Counted from the stretch's first letter, positions 1 through 9,902 are shown. The stretch: 64,000 nt of DNA from a candidate division FCPU426 bacterium (GCA_963840035.1 CAWIXE010000002.1:1376001-1440000), one strand, 5' to 3'. Notes: generated by a model not told the origin, from the letters alone. Program-made: numbers and translations.

Positions 1-46
1 CGCCCGCTTCCGGTTTTATTTCCTATGAACAGTGCTACTTTTTCCA

Positions 47-1051
47 TCACATAGATTCCTGTCCGGAAATCTTCGGCGTTACAAATATGACAAGCTCGGT
101 CCTCTTATTCTGGGTTTTTGTGGACTTAAAGAGTTCCCCCAGCAGGGGTATGAGTGAAAGCACAGGCACGCCTTCAGTTATCCTGACTTCCTGGTTTTCT
201 ATGAGCCCGGCAATAACAACGGTATTTTCCGGCTCTACAATGATATTTGTCTCAGCCCACCTTGTTTTGATGGCAGGCACTGTTGAGGTCCCGATACTTA
301 CGGCGTTCGCGTAATCCAGGTTTGACACTTCAGCACGCAGTTCAGCCTTTATATTATTCTGTTTATCTATTTCCGGGTTTATATCAAGCCCTACCCCGTA
401 TTTCTTCCATTCAACGGCTGCCTGGCCCTGATTGTTTACGGTCACTAAAGGGACTTCACCGCCTGACATGAACCGCGCCTTCTTACCGTTGGCCGTTAAA
501 AGTTTAGGTTTAGCCAGGACTTTTGCGTAATTATTCTTTACAAGGAAATCCACAAGCAGGCTTATCCGCCCCCTGTTAAATGTACCGTTAAATAGCTTCA
601 GTGTGTTTGCGGGCTGTTCCAGGATGTTTAACGGGGATATCGGCAGGTTTTTATCAGGTATTGCGCCGTTTAGCAGCGTGGGCCAGTCTATGCCGAAGTT
701 ACCTTCGTCAGAATGTATTATCTCAAGTATCTGGACATCCACTTCCACCATGAGGTCGTTCATCATGGATTTTTTCACGTTTACCACCACGGTCTCAGCG
801 CCCTTTGCGCCTGTGATGCTGATAACCGCGGTCCCCGCTTTTTTCCCTTCCACAATTATTTCCTCTTCGGAGAGGATCGTGGCGCCGGCTACGCCGGTTT
901 TTGAAGATGTTACTTCGCGGGCTTTGTCGCACTTGATGATCCTTGAGGCACCTTCTTTGACGCTAATCTCCCGTGTTTCCGCGCGCAGGCATAAAAAAGA
1001 TAAAAATAGAAATAGAAATACAAATGAAAATTGTCTGGTTTTCATGCTCAT
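47..1051 (-). CDS. Secretin, CpaC/RcpA-like (pilus assembly N-terminal domain plus secretin domain)
   Basis: Signal peptide; secretin motifs AKVLAKPKLLTANGKKARFMSGGEVP, YGVGLDINPEI, GVPVLSLIPLLGELFKS and ELVIFVTP. Confidence 0.85.
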   Translation of the reverse strand: MSMKTRQFSFVFLFLFLSFLCLRAETREISVKEGASRIIKCDKAREVTSSKTGVAGATILSEEEIIVEGKKAGTAVISITGAKGAETVVVNVKKSMMNDLMVEVDVQILEIIHSDEGNFGIDWPTLLNGAIPDKNLPISPLNILEQPANTLKLFNGTFNRGRISLLVDFLVKNNYAKVLAKPKLLTANGKKARFMSGGEVPLVTVNNQGQAAVEWKKYGVGLDINPEIDKQNNIKAELRAEVSNLDYANAVSIGTSTVPAIKTRWAETNIIVEPENTVVIAGLIENQEVRITEGVPVLSLIPLLGELFKSTKTQNKRTELVIFVTPKISGQESM

Positions 1052-1076
1052 CCCCTCTATATTTTTTTACGGCGGA

Positions 1077-1105
1077 ATTATACAATAGCGCCATGTTGGC
1101 GTCAA
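1077..1105 (-). promoter_or_regulatory. Sigma70-type promoter for the secretin gene
   Basis: Minus strand TTGACG-17 nt-TATAAT. Confidence 0.6.
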
Positions 1106-1160
1106 TATAATTCCGGTTTAATACCCGCGGCAAAAAAACGTTTACAGCCCTTATGCAGCC

Positions 1161-2207
1161 CTATTTTACGGCCGCCATACGCTTACCGCCGCTTTTCTTA
1201 GGCCTTGCCGATACGTGATTAAAAAGCGATATGGTCTCAAGTATCGGACGTATGGATTTTAAACCGTGAAAATAAACGCTAAAATCGCGGTACCAGCTCA
1301 TGTTGCACTGGTTGCACTTTATCATTTTAAGGTCATCATTGGTAAGCTCCCACAGGCTTCCGAGCGGTTTTGGAAGGTGCATGCACGGATAAATGTTAAA
1401 AAACCAGTCAACAAACAGGACTTTGGAACCGCCATAACAGTGATAGACCGCCTTATCCGGATGGTCCAGATATGAAATAATATTTTTCATGGATGAAACA
1501 TTATTAAGGATATTGTATCTGCCGGTCTTTTTCAGGCGTATCACGTCGTGCAGCGCCTTTGTTATTTCTTCCGGAGTCAGCTGTACGGTTTCCCCTCCCA
1601 GCGGATATACCGTTGACTTTGATATCTCGGGATAATTTACGGAGATATAGTCAAATCCCATTTCGTTGAGCCTGTCAAAGAGCAAGCCGAGTTTATCATG
1701 GCTCTCTTTCCAGATTAACACCGAGGCCATTGTCTTTAAGCCATGCTTTGCCGCATGGGCAACGCCTTTTTCAATATGCCCTAGCAGTCCCGGGATGCCC
1801 CGTGACTTTTCTATAATTGCCGGATCATGTGAATCCACGGAAACGCACAATATATCGGCGCCGGATGCCTTAAGACCGGCTATGGCCTCTTCCTTTAACA
1901 GCCTGGCGTCGGCGTTAAGAATAAGCGTGTGTATGTGCCTGGATGTGCAGTGGCTGATGAATTCAAAAATATTGGGGTTAAAAAGCGGGTCCCCGCCTGT
2001 CATGGTTATATGGGCGACCCCTAATTCGGAGAGTTTGTCGATTGCCTTTAAGCCTTCTTCCCTGCCGATGATTACCTTTTCCTTTTGTTTCCAGATGCCG
2101 CAAAATGTGCACCTGGCCGAGCAGCAATTTGTGATCCCAAATTCAGCCACCCTGATCTTGTTTGCCAAAAAATGATTAAGAAAAAGAGCCCTCTTTTTTC
2201 TGATCAT
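1161..2207 (-). CDS. Radical SAM protein with C-terminal Cys-rich (SPASM/twitch-like) region
   Basis: CSARCTFC (CxxxCxxC), TGGDP, C-terminal CYGG...CMH...CNQC. Confidence 0.85.
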   Translation of the reverse strand: MIRKKRALFLNHFLANKIRVAEFGITNCCSARCTFCGIWKQKEKVIIGREEGLKAIDKLSELGVAHITMTGGDPLFNPNIFEFISHCTSRHIHTLILNADARLLKEEAIAGLKASGADILCVSVDSHDPAIIEKSRGIPGLLGHIEKGVAHAAKHGLKTMASVLIWKESHDKLGLLFDRLNEMGFDYISVNYPEISKSTVYPLGGETVQLTPEEITKALHDVIRLKKTGRYNILNNVSSMKNIISYLDHPDKAVYHCYGGSKVLFVDWFFNIYPCMHLPKPLGSLWELTNDDLKMIKCNQCNMSWYRDFSVYFHGLKSIRPILETISLFNHVSARPKKSGGKRMAAVK

Positions 2208-2227
2208 ATTTCCCCCTTGTAGTTAAA

Positions 2228-3232
2228 TCAAAACCCCGGTTTTGTCCCTTTTTTTGTACTGAATATTGAATCCATGTATTTTTTATAGAACTTAATCCTC
2301 ATGTACTTCTTAAAATCCTGCCCGGCGTCCTTTACCATGCTTTCAAGCAGTTCTTTCTTAGTGTTATCAACCGTATAAATCTTGCCCATCTCCTGCGTTA
2401 CCTTTGGTTCCATCCTCAAATACTTATGCCCCGCGTTTTGCATTATGTGCCTTGCCATGTATTCCGAGGATACAGACTGGGCTGTCATGAACACGTTTAT
2501 GATATCAAGCCCCCAGCTGAGCATGGAATTCAGTTTATTCTTCCTCTTTATCTCCTCCAGATAACTTGCCACTGAAAGCACGACCACTTTTTTCCCGCTC
2601 CCGGATTTTCCCAGAAAATACTTATAAGCCTCTATTATCCCGATTATCGACGGGTTGTTAGCCCATACGCCGCCGTCAGTATACCCGTCGCCATGGCCGT
2701 TTAATCCCGGAAAATACTCAGGCAGGTATGTAGGCGCGGCTGAGGAGCATGCCACAGCCTGCCACATGGGCACGTTCTTATCCTTGATGTATTTTTTATT
2801 ATGGGGGGTCTTAAATATGCGGGTTTTGCCTTTGGTAACGTTAAAAGTATTGATGCACAGATAACACGGCGACTCGCCGATTGTGCGGTCATGATAAAGT
2901 TCTTTTAGTTCCCTGATGAGCGCTTTATTGTCATGCTTGCTGCTTATAAGGACCTGTTTAAATTTCCTGACCCAGTCCATCAGTGAAAATTCAACATTAT
3001 GCCCGAATATCCCCGGCCCCTTATCCGCGAAGAACCCGCGCAGCTGACCTGCGCTTAATCCGCTGGCCAGGCCGCAGGCAATTATAGCCCCAGCCGAGGT
3101 GCCGACTATAAGGTCAAAGTGGTCCGTCAGCTTCTTCCCGTAGTGTTTTTCTATTGATTCAAGCAGCGCCGCCGAGTAAATCCCCAGCATTCCGCCGCCG
3201 TCTATGGCAAGTATTCTGAAATCCTTTGGCAT
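2228..3232 (-). CDS. Patatin-like phospholipase resembling CBASS CapV-type effectors
   Basis: DGGG oxyanion motif, GTSAG nucleophile, SSAAPTY, DGGVWANNP and FKTPH. Confidence 0.85.
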   Translation of the reverse strand: MPKDFRILAIDGGGMLGIYSAALLESIEKHYGKKLTDHFDLIVGTSAGAIIACGLASGLSAGQLRGFFADKGPGIFGHNVEFSLMDWVRKFKQVLISSKHDNKALIRELKELYHDRTIGESPCYLCINTFNVTKGKTRIFKTPHNKKYIKDKNVPMWQAVACSSAAPTYLPEYFPGLNGHGDGYTDGGVWANNPSIIGIIEAYKYFLGKSGSGKKVVVLSVASYLEEIKRKNKLNSMLSWGLDIINVFMTAQSVSSEYMARHIMQNAGHKYLRMEPKVTQEMGKIYTVDNTKKELLESMVKDAGQDFKKYMRIKFYKKYMDSIFSTKKGTKPGF

Positions 3233-3426
3233 GTTTTTTAGCCCCCCTAATGTATGTACGTTATTATAATAAATAATGCTGTGGTTGTAAAGGTAAGGTT
3301 AGAAAGGCAGGTGCATGGTAAAGTATCCGAGACAAGAGATAGGAGACTGGAGTAAGGCGTGTATTTTGCCTCCTGTCTCCTGTCTCTCATTTACTCTGAC
3401 ATGCACTATAGAACACCCTCGCACCC

Positions 3427-3455
3427 TTGACACCCCCACACATCCCCTGTATTAT
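3427..3455 (+). promoter_or_regulatory. Sigma70-type promoter, probably giving a leaderless mRNA
   Basis: TTGACA(3427)-17 nt-TATTAT(3450); ATG at 3462 follows after 6 nt with no SD. Confidence 0.6.
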
Positions 3456-3461
3456 ATATTT

Positions 3462-4031
3462 ATGGACAAACACACTTTAAGAAAACAGACGAAAACAAGA
3501 CGCGACATAATGGCTCCTGAAATGGTAATACGCTTAAGCGCTAAAATAACCGGAAAATTTTTGGATGAATTATATCCGCAGCTTCCGGTTGTAAAGTGCG
3601 CCATGGCTTACATGCCCATCCAGAGCGAGGTTAAGACTTTAAGGCTCATAAATACCCTTATTACCCGCGGTATACGGGTATATGTTCCCTCTGTTTCCGG
3701 AGACAAGATGACCCCGGTGCTGTACACAAAAAGCTGCAAACTCGTAAAAGGCGCGTTTAAAATAAATGAACCCGCGAGGAAAAAAGCCATAGATTCGCAT
3801 AAGTGCATCGGCCTGGTCATAGTTCCGGGCATTGCCTTTGACCTGAAAGGCCACAGGATAGGCTTCGGCAAAGGGTTTTATGACAGGTTCTTAAAAAAAC
3901 TACCGTCAAAAACCGTCAAGGTCGGGGTTGCATTTGAAAAACAGCTTGTAGCTGATATCCCCCATGAGAAGCATGACGTACACATGGATTATATAGTAAC
4001 GGAAAAAAGAATACTAAGGATAGCCCGATGA
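3462..4031 (+). CDS. ygfA: 5-formyltetrahydrofolate cyclo-ligase
   Basis: VIVPGIAFDLKGHRIGFGKGFYDRFL and HDVHMDYIVTE; start moved to MDKHTLRK (3462) because the upstream part of the ORF is repeat and promoter DNA. Confidence 0.9.
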   Translation: MDKHTLRKQTKTRRDIMAPEMVIRLSAKITGKFLDELYPQLPVVKCAMAYMPIQSEVKTLRLINTLITRGIRVYVPSVSGDKMTPVLYTKSCKLVKGAFKINEPARKKAIDSHKCIGLVIVPGIAFDLKGHRIGFGKGFYDRFLKKLPSKTVKVGVAFEKQLVADIPHEKHDVHMDYIVTEKRILRIAR

Positions 4032-4549
4032 AACCGACAAAATCAGAGAAGATATATAAAGGCAGGATATTCGAGCTTAAAAAAGAGACATTCAAGCTTA
4101 AAGGCAATATTATAACAAGAGAGATCATATATCACCCCGGTTCTGCCCTGATGATACCGGTACTGGATGTTAAAAAGAAAACCATAATAATGATAAAGCA
4201 ATACAGGCACGCGGCAGGCGGAGAAATCATTGAGTTCCCTGCCGGCACAAAGGATAAGGGCGAATCATACAGGGCCTGCGCTTCAAGGGAGCTTGTGGAA
4301 GAGATAGGTTATAAACCCCGCAAAGTAAAGGAAATCACAAGGTTTTATCTCGCGCCCGGGACCATGACAGAAATAATGGCCCTTTTCCTGTGCACAAACC
4401 TGAAAAAGCAGGAACAGGACCTTGAAATAGACGAAAAGATAAAGCCGTTCATAACCACAGTGGATGAGGCGGTAAGGATGGTTAAAACAGGTAAAATAAA
4501 GGATGCGAAGACGATATTAGCGGTTTTAATGCTCCGCGATCTATTGTAG
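4028..4549 (+). CDS. NUDIX hydrolase (ADP-ribose pyrophosphatase-like)
   Basis: QYRH...EFPAGTKDKGESYRACASRELVEEIG Nudix box; C-terminal IKDAKT. Confidence 0.9.
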   Translation: MKPTKSEKIYKGRIFELKKETFKLKGNIITREIIYHPGSALMIPVLDVKKKTIIMIKQYRHAAGGEIIEFPAGTKDKGESYRACASRELVEEIGYKPRKVKEITRFYLAPGTMTEIMALFLCTNLKKQEQDLEIDEKIKPFITTVDEAVRMVKTGKIKDAKTILAVLMLRDLL

Positions 4550-4576
4550 GGACAGCGCTCCCGCGCTGTCCGCCAG
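4546..4576 (+). repeat. GTAG-tagged REP palindrome, single copy downstream of the RAYT
   Basis: GTAG + GGACAGCGC-TCCC-GCGCTGTCC (9-bp stem, 4-nt loop); reverse complement of the 5234-5441 units. Confidence 0.9.
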
Positions 4577-4599
4577 TGCTTTGTTCTTACTGCAGCAAA

Positions 4600-5187
4600 T
4601 CATCGGTCCGTCTTCTCTTTCTTGACTTCATCGGTTAATTTCTTATAATAGCCATTTTTATCCAAACCGGACTTATGATTCTCAGCATCTTCCATCCATT
4701 TTGCCGGATTGTTTTTAATGTACTCCCTTACAAAATCAAGCCCATAACTGCCCTTTACAATACTGTCCCAGTAAGATCTCTGCCACTTAAACCCCAACCC
4801 AGCCTGCCTGGTTTTTCTGGTCACAAAACTCTTATATGCCTGAACTATTGCGGGTATGGACCTCGTCCCATCAAAGCGCATATCATTTATCCTTATTAAA
4901 GCGTGAATGTGGTTGGGCATAATAACAAAACAATCTATTTCGATCGTTTCATAATACTTTTGAAGCTCCCCGAATTGGTTGTATGCTATCATACCCCGAT
5001 CATTTAATTTTAATTCCCCGCCGGCGATTTCGCCGAATACACATTCGGCTTTATCAACGCAAGCTGTAATAAAATATGACCCTATTTCCGAGTAATTAAA
5101 TGCGTAAAGACGGTTGCGTTTTCTTTCAGGCATTGGTATTTGGGAATGTGAAATTTGTTTTAAACGTACTGATTCCTTATCCGGCAT
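4600..5187 (-). mobile_element. REP-associated tyrosine transposase (RAYT, IS200/Y1 HUH family)
   Basis: RNRL..FNYS..GSYFIT, VIMPNHIH (HUH), WQRSY, REYIKNNPAKW (catalytic Tyr); flanked by REPs. Confidence 0.9.
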
Positions 5188-5233
5188 TTTTGGATCCCCC
5201 CTACATTTTAAATCAAGTTCTTACCCCGAACAA

Positions 5234-5441
5234 CTGGCGGACAGCGCGGGAGCGCTGTCCCTACAACACAAACCACTGCTGGCGGACAGCGCGGGAGCGC
5301 TGTCCCTACAACACAAACCTGCTGGCGGACAGCGCGGGAGCGCTGTCCCTACAACACAAACCACTGCTGGCGGACAGCGCGGGAGCGCTGTCCCTACAAT
5401 ACAAAACAACTGGCGGACAGCGCGGGAGCGCTGTCCCTACA
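5234..5441 (-). repeat. Tandem array of five identical 32-bp GTAG-REP units
   Basis: ctggcggacagcgcgggagcgctgtccctaca at 5234, 5279, 5322, 5367 and 5410, separated by similar 11-13 bp linkers. Confidence 0.95.
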
Positions 5442-6174
5442 GGAAGAACACTTCCCCTTTTATTACCTTAACCTTGCCTTTGCTGTTTTTTACCTTAACC
5501 GAACCGTTCTTTAAGACTTTATCAACGGTCAAAATGACTGTTTTTCCATTTTTATTCAGCTTGATTTCCCTGCCTTTTATATCACCCTGGCTTTTGACCC
5601 ACCTGGCGACCAAAACCCTCTTATTACCCGGCATCCCTTCCAGGTAGCCGTCTATCCTTTTTAACACCGCTATAAAGAACTTATCCATATCAACTGTGCG
5701 TTTGAGCAGTGTTTTCAGCGATACGGCTTTTATCGCGGAGTCTTTTGGGACTGTATTGTTGACGTTTATACCTATACCGGTTACAAGCGATGAATTGTAG
5801 TGGTCGTTTTCTATGAGCATTCCGCATATCTTTTTTCCGTCAACCAGGATATCGTTCGGCCATTTTACCGTTGCTTTGACCTTCATGGCCTTTAAAGCCT
5901 CGCATACGGCAACAGACGATAAAATGACATACTCATACGGCCTTTTCACTTTTTTATTTATCACAAACGAAAACCACAGGCCGCCTTTTCCCGAAACCCA
6001 CTTTGCCCCATGCTTGCCCCTTCCAGCTGTCTGTTCCGCGGCAACGGCGATGGTCCCTGAGGAAAAAGAGTTGGTTTTAAGGCAGGCGTTTGTGGAGTCA
6101 ATGTTATCAAAGAAAATAATGGAATTTAATACTTTATTTGATTTTACTGCCTGTTTTATGGCGGCTGTGTTCAT
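5437..6174 (-). CDS. birA: Biotin--[acetyl-CoA carboxylase] ligase without HTH domain
   Basis: DSTN, AEQTAGRGK, KWPNDILVDGKKICGMLIE, GIGINV. Confidence 0.92.
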   Translation of the reverse strand: MNTAAIKQAVKSNKVLNSIIFFDNIDSTNACLKTNSFSSGTIAVAAEQTAGRGKHGAKWVSGKGGLWFSFVINKKVKRPYEYVILSSVAVCEALKAMKVKATVKWPNDILVDGKKICGMLIENDHYNSSLVTGIGINVNNTVPKDSAIKAVSLKTLLKRTVDMDKFFIAVLKRIDGYLEGMPGNKRVLVARWVKSQGDIKGREIKLNKNGKTVILTVDKVLKNGSVKVKNSKGKVKVIKGEVFFL

Positions 6175-7025
6175 TTTGATAGCTGTAAGCTTATATCCAG
6201 CGCCTGCGGCGAGTGCGTGATGGATCCTATGGATATGTAATCAACGCGGCGCTTGGCGTATTCGACAATGTTGGACTCGTTTACCCCGCCTGATATCTCG
6301 GTCTTGGCCTTGCATCCGAAAGCTTTCATGCGGGCTATGGCTTTGTCAATCATTTCATAGCTGAAATTATCAAGCATGATAATATCCGGGTCGGCTTTCA
6401 TGGCTGTTTCGAGCATTTCCATGGAATGCACTTCAACTTCTATCTTCATCCCTTTGGGGATAAAGCGCCTGCAGTCAGACACGGCTTTCTGCAGGTCGAT
6501 AAAATCAAGGTGGTTGTCCTTTATAAGGACCATGTCATAAAGCCCCATCCTGTGGTTTGTGGCCCCGCCTGTTTTAACGGCGTATTTTTCTATCACGCGC
6601 AGCATGGGCGTGGTCTTCCTGGTGTCAAGCACGGTAACGCCGTATGGCTTTACAAGCGACTGGAACTTATCCGCTGAAGTCGCTATCCCGGACATTAACT
6701 GCAGCAGGTTTAAAGAAAGCCTCTCCCCCATCAAAATAGCGCGGGCTTTGCCTTTTATATTTGCTATTATCTCGCCTTTTTTTACCTTATCCCCGTCTTT
6801 TTTCTTCATCTTTATCTTTATGTCCTTATCCAGTTTCATAAAGACTTTTTTCATCAGCGGCAGGCCGCAGATAATACCGTCGTCCTTGGCCCTGAAAATG
6901 CCGTTTAAAATGGCGCTTTGGGGGATGACTATATCGGTTGTAACATCGCCCGCGCCGATGTCTTCGGCTAAGGCCATGTCTATGACGCGGTCTATGTACT
7001 TTTCGTTTTTCTTCAGCAGGTCCAT
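6171..7025 (-). CDS. nadC: Nicotinate-nucleotide pyrophosphorylase (quinolinate phosphoribosyltransferase)
   Basis: EDIGAGDVTT, DTRKTTP, NHRMGLYDMVLIKDNH, IMLDNF. Confidence 0.95.
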   Translation of the reverse strand: MDLLKKNEKYIDRVIDMALAEDIGAGDVTTDIVIPQSAILNGIFRAKDDGIICGLPLMKKVFMKLDKDIKIKMKKKDGDKVKKGEIIANIKGKARAILMGERLSLNLLQLMSGIATSADKFQSLVKPYGVTVLDTRKTTPMLRVIEKYAVKTGGATNHRMGLYDMVLIKDNHLDFIDLQKAVSDCRRFIPKGMKIEVEVHSMEMLETAMKADPDIIMLDNFSYEMIDKAIARMKAFGCKAKTEISGGVNESNIVEYAKRRVDYISIGSITHSPQALDISLQLSK

Positions 7026-7085
7026 TAGTGCTCCTTTTAATTTCTGATTTCTAATTTCTTATTTCCAATTAAAATCCCGCTTTGC

Positions 7086-7111
7086 GGGCGGCCACATGGG
7101 GCCGCCCCTAC
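7086..7111 (-). repeat. Second-family GTAG-REP palindrome
   Basis: Minus strand GTAG-GGGCGGCC-CCATGT-GGCCGCCC just downstream of valS. Confidence 0.7.
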
Positions 7112-7120
7112 AGGGGCTTG

Positions 7121-9775
7121 TTATTTTTTTAATTCCTCAATAAACGCCAACATTACTTTCTTTTCCGCTTCCAGCGTTTCCAGCTTTGCCTTCTCTTCAT
7201 CCACGGCCTTTTTCATGGCGTTGTTCACGAAGTTTGGGTTGTTCAGCTTGTTTGATGTGCTGGTTATGGCTTTGTCCATGTCTGCCACGCGTTTTTCCTT
7301 GGCTGCTATGACCTTTGCTTTATCCGTGATGGCAGACTTTTCTATACCTATTGTGCCTATTGCCGCGGCTCCCGCGCCTATTACTTCGCGGGTGATGAAG
7401 CCTGAACCGGCATTATCAAGTATGGTGTTTACCTTCGCCAGTGTTTTTATTATGTCCGTGTACTTTTTCACGGTTTCCTGCGATGCTTTCATGGACACAT
7501 AGGCGTCTACCTTTACAGCCGGCGAGAAATCAAGCTCTCCGCGGAGGTTCCTTATGGTATATATGAGTTTCATGAGAACATCCATGTCTTCCAGTTCTTT
7601 TTTGTCAAAGTTAAATTTCGTTATATATGCCGGCCACTGCTCAAGCATTATGGACTCTTTTTTGCCTGTTGCCGGGATGTTCTGGTAAACTTCCTCTGTT
7701 ATGAAAGGTATATACGGGTGCATTACCACCATGGAATCTTTCAATACCTTCAAGAGGACATTTTTAACTATGTTCTTATACTCTTCATTTCCTTCTTTGG
7801 TAAGCTCTATCTTTGATATTTCTATGTACCAGTCGCAGAAGGAATGCCAGAAAAAGTCATATACAGCCAGCGCAGTATCAGAGAACTTATACCTTTCAAT
7901 GCCTTCGTCTATGTTCTTTATCAGCTCATTTGAGGCCGCCAGTATCCAGCGCTCCGGCAGTTTCAGCTTGTCAATGTTCTTTTCAAGGTCTATTTCCGTC
8001 ATGCCTGCCAGGTTCGATATTGTATATTTAGACGCGTTGAATATCTTGTTCATGAATCCGGCATATCCCTTGGCGCGCTCTTCCGAGAAAGCTATATGCC
8101 TGGACTGGGTCTCAAGGGACGCCATGGTAAACCTTAACGCGTCAGCCGAGTACTTGGTCATCAAATCAAGCGGGTCAACAACATTACCCTTTGATTTTGA
8201 CATCTTCTTGCCTTCAGAGTCAGTAACAAGCGAGTTAATTACCACATGTGAAAACGGCACTTTTCCCATGAACTTCATGCCCATCATTATCATCCTTGCC
8301 ACCCAGAAGAACAATATGTCCCAGCTGGTGACAAGCACCGATGTAGGATAGAACGCTTCCAAATCCTTTGTCTTCTCAGGCCAGCCCAGCGTTGAAAAGG
8401 GCCATAAGCCTGACGAGAACCACGTATCAAGGACGTCATTATCCTGATGTATTTTTGTGCTGTTGCATTTTTCGCATTTGGCCGGCGTTTCTTTTGACAC
8501 GGTTATATGCTTGCAGTCGTCGCAGTACCATGCCGGTATCCTGTGTCCCCACCATAGCTGCCTTGATATGCACCAGTCTTTTATGTTATGCATCCATTCG
8601 AAATATACTTTTTTCCACATTTCAGGGACAAACTGCACTTCCCCGCTTTCCACAACCTTGATAGCCTCTTGGGCCATGGGTTTTATCTTCACATACCACT
8701 GGGTTGAAATAAAAGGCTCAACTACGGTATCACACCTGTAGCAGTGTCCGACAGCATGCTTGTGGTCGTCTATTTTAACCAGATAACCCTGCTCTTTTAA
8801 TGTCTCAACCAGTTTCTTCCTTGCTTCAAAACGGTCCATGCCTGCGTACTTGCCGTTTTCCCCGGCTTTTTCATTCATCTTGCCGTGCTCTGTCATGACA
8901 TTGATGACAGGCAGTTTGTGGCGCGCGCCCACTTCAAAGTCATTCGGGTCATGGGCCGGAGTTATCTTTACAGCGCCTGTCCCGAATTCCTTATCCACAT
9001 ACGAATCCTTTATGATAGGTATCTGCCTTCCTGTTTCAGGAAGGATTACCATTGTTCCTTCTTTTACATCCTTATAACGCGGGTCCTCTGGATTTACAGC
9101 TACCGCAGTATCGCCAAGCATGGTCTCAGGCCTGGTTGTAGCCACTTCAATATAGCCTGAGCCATCGGCGTAAGGGTATTTGATATGATAAAAATGTCCG
9201 GCAATGTCTTTATGCTGCACTTCAATGTCTGAAATGGCAGTTAAGCAGCGCGGGCACCAGTTGACGATATAATCGCCCCTGTATATAAGGTTCTCCTTAT
9301 AAAGGCGGACAAATACTTCCTTAACAGCTTCTGATAACCCTTCATCCATGGTAAAACGTTCCCTGGACCAGTCGCAGGATGAGCCAAGTTTGCGCAGCTG
9401 CATCATAATGGTCTTTCCGTACTTATCTTTCCACTCCCAGACGCGCTTTAAAAACTCCTCGCGGCCGATATCAGCCTTTTTCTTCCCCTCTTTCTTAAGT
9501 TCCCGCTCCACAACGTTCTGCGTGGCAATGCCGGCGTGGTCGCATCCCGGAAGCCAGAGCACGTTAAACCCCTTGGCGCGCTTATGGCGTGATAATATGT
9601 CCTGCAATGTGTTATTTAATGCATGCCCCATATGCAAAGACCCCGTGACATTCGGCGGGGGTATGACTATGGTAAAAGGAGGCTTTTTCGATGTGTTATC
9701 AGCTTTAAAATACCCTTTTTCAGACCAAAAAGAGTACCATTTGTCTTCTATCTCTGCGGGTATGTATTTATCCAA
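7121..9775 (-). CDS. valS: Valine--tRNA ligase (TTG start)
   Basis: PPPNVTGSLHMGHA, DWCISRQLWWGHRIP, KMSKS, C-terminal coiled coil. Confidence 0.97.
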   Translation of the reverse strand: MDKYIPAEIEDKWYSFWSEKGYFKADNTSKKPPFTIVIPPPNVTGSLHMGHALNNTLQDILSRHKRAKGFNVLWLPGCDHAGIATQNVVERELKKEGKKKADIGREEFLKRVWEWKDKYGKTIMMQLRKLGSSCDWSRERFTMDEGLSEAVKEVFVRLYKENLIYRGDYIVNWCPRCLTAISDIEVQHKDIAGHFYHIKYPYADGSGYIEVATTRPETMLGDTAVAVNPEDPRYKDVKEGTMVILPETGRQIPIIKDSYVDKEFGTGAVKITPAHDPNDFEVGARHKLPVINVMTEHGKMNEKAGENGKYAGMDRFEARKKLVETLKEQGYLVKIDDHKHAVGHCYRCDTVVEPFISTQWYVKIKPMAQEAIKVVESGEVQFVPEMWKKVYFEWMHNIKDWCISRQLWWGHRIPAWYCDDCKHITVSKETPAKCEKCNSTKIHQDNDVLDTWFSSGLWPFSTLGWPEKTKDLEAFYPTSVLVTSWDILFFWVARMIMMGMKFMGKVPFSHVVINSLVTDSEGKKMSKSKGNVVDPLDLMTKYSADALRFTMASLETQSRHIAFSEERAKGYAGFMNKIFNASKYTISNLAGMTEIDLEKNIDKLKLPERWILAASNELIKNIDEGIERYKFSDTALAVYDFFWHSFCDWYIEISKIELTKEGNEEYKNIVKNVLLKVLKDSMVVMHPYIPFITEEVYQNIPATGKKESIMLEQWPAYITKFNFDKKELEDMDVLMKLIYTIRNLRGELDFSPAVKVDAYVSMKASQETVKKYTDIIKTLAKVNTILDNAGSGFITREVIGAGAAAIGTIGIEKSAITDKAKVIAAKEKRVADMDKAITSTSNKLNNPNFVNNAMKKAVDEEKAKLETLEAEKKVMLAFIEELKK

Positions 9776-9818
9776 TTTCTTCCTCCAGTGAATTCATATG
9801 ATGCGATAATTGGCTATT

Positions 9819-9847
9819 AATTTAACACTTTTGGGGGTGTTTGTCAA
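9819..9847 (-). promoter_or_regulatory. Sigma70-type promoter for valS
   Basis: Minus strand TTGACA-17 nt-TAAATT. Confidence 0.55.
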
Positions 9848-9902
9848 ATAAAGACGAATTTTCAATTTGGAATTTTCAATTTTCAATTAAACTCAAGGTT
9901 TT

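Noticed and set aside
3233..3461. 6S RNA upstream of ygfA, or an N-terminal extension of ygfA
   Set aside because: The region consists of short inverted repeat arrays and a promoter abutting the ATG; no 6S-like long rod was recognised.
5234..5441. CRISPR-like array of 32-bp palindromic repeats
   Set aside because: Linkers are only 11-13 bp and nearly identical, no cas genes are present, and the unit is a GTAG-REP next to a RAYT.
5100..5647. ORFs 5100-5471, 5114-5647 and 5221-5409 with repeated peptides
   Set aside because: They are translations of the REP array, overlapping RAYT and birA.
9776..9900. T-box riboswitch upstream of valS
   Set aside because: The predicted promoter is only about 40 nt from the start codon and no T-box GGTGG.ACC motif is present.
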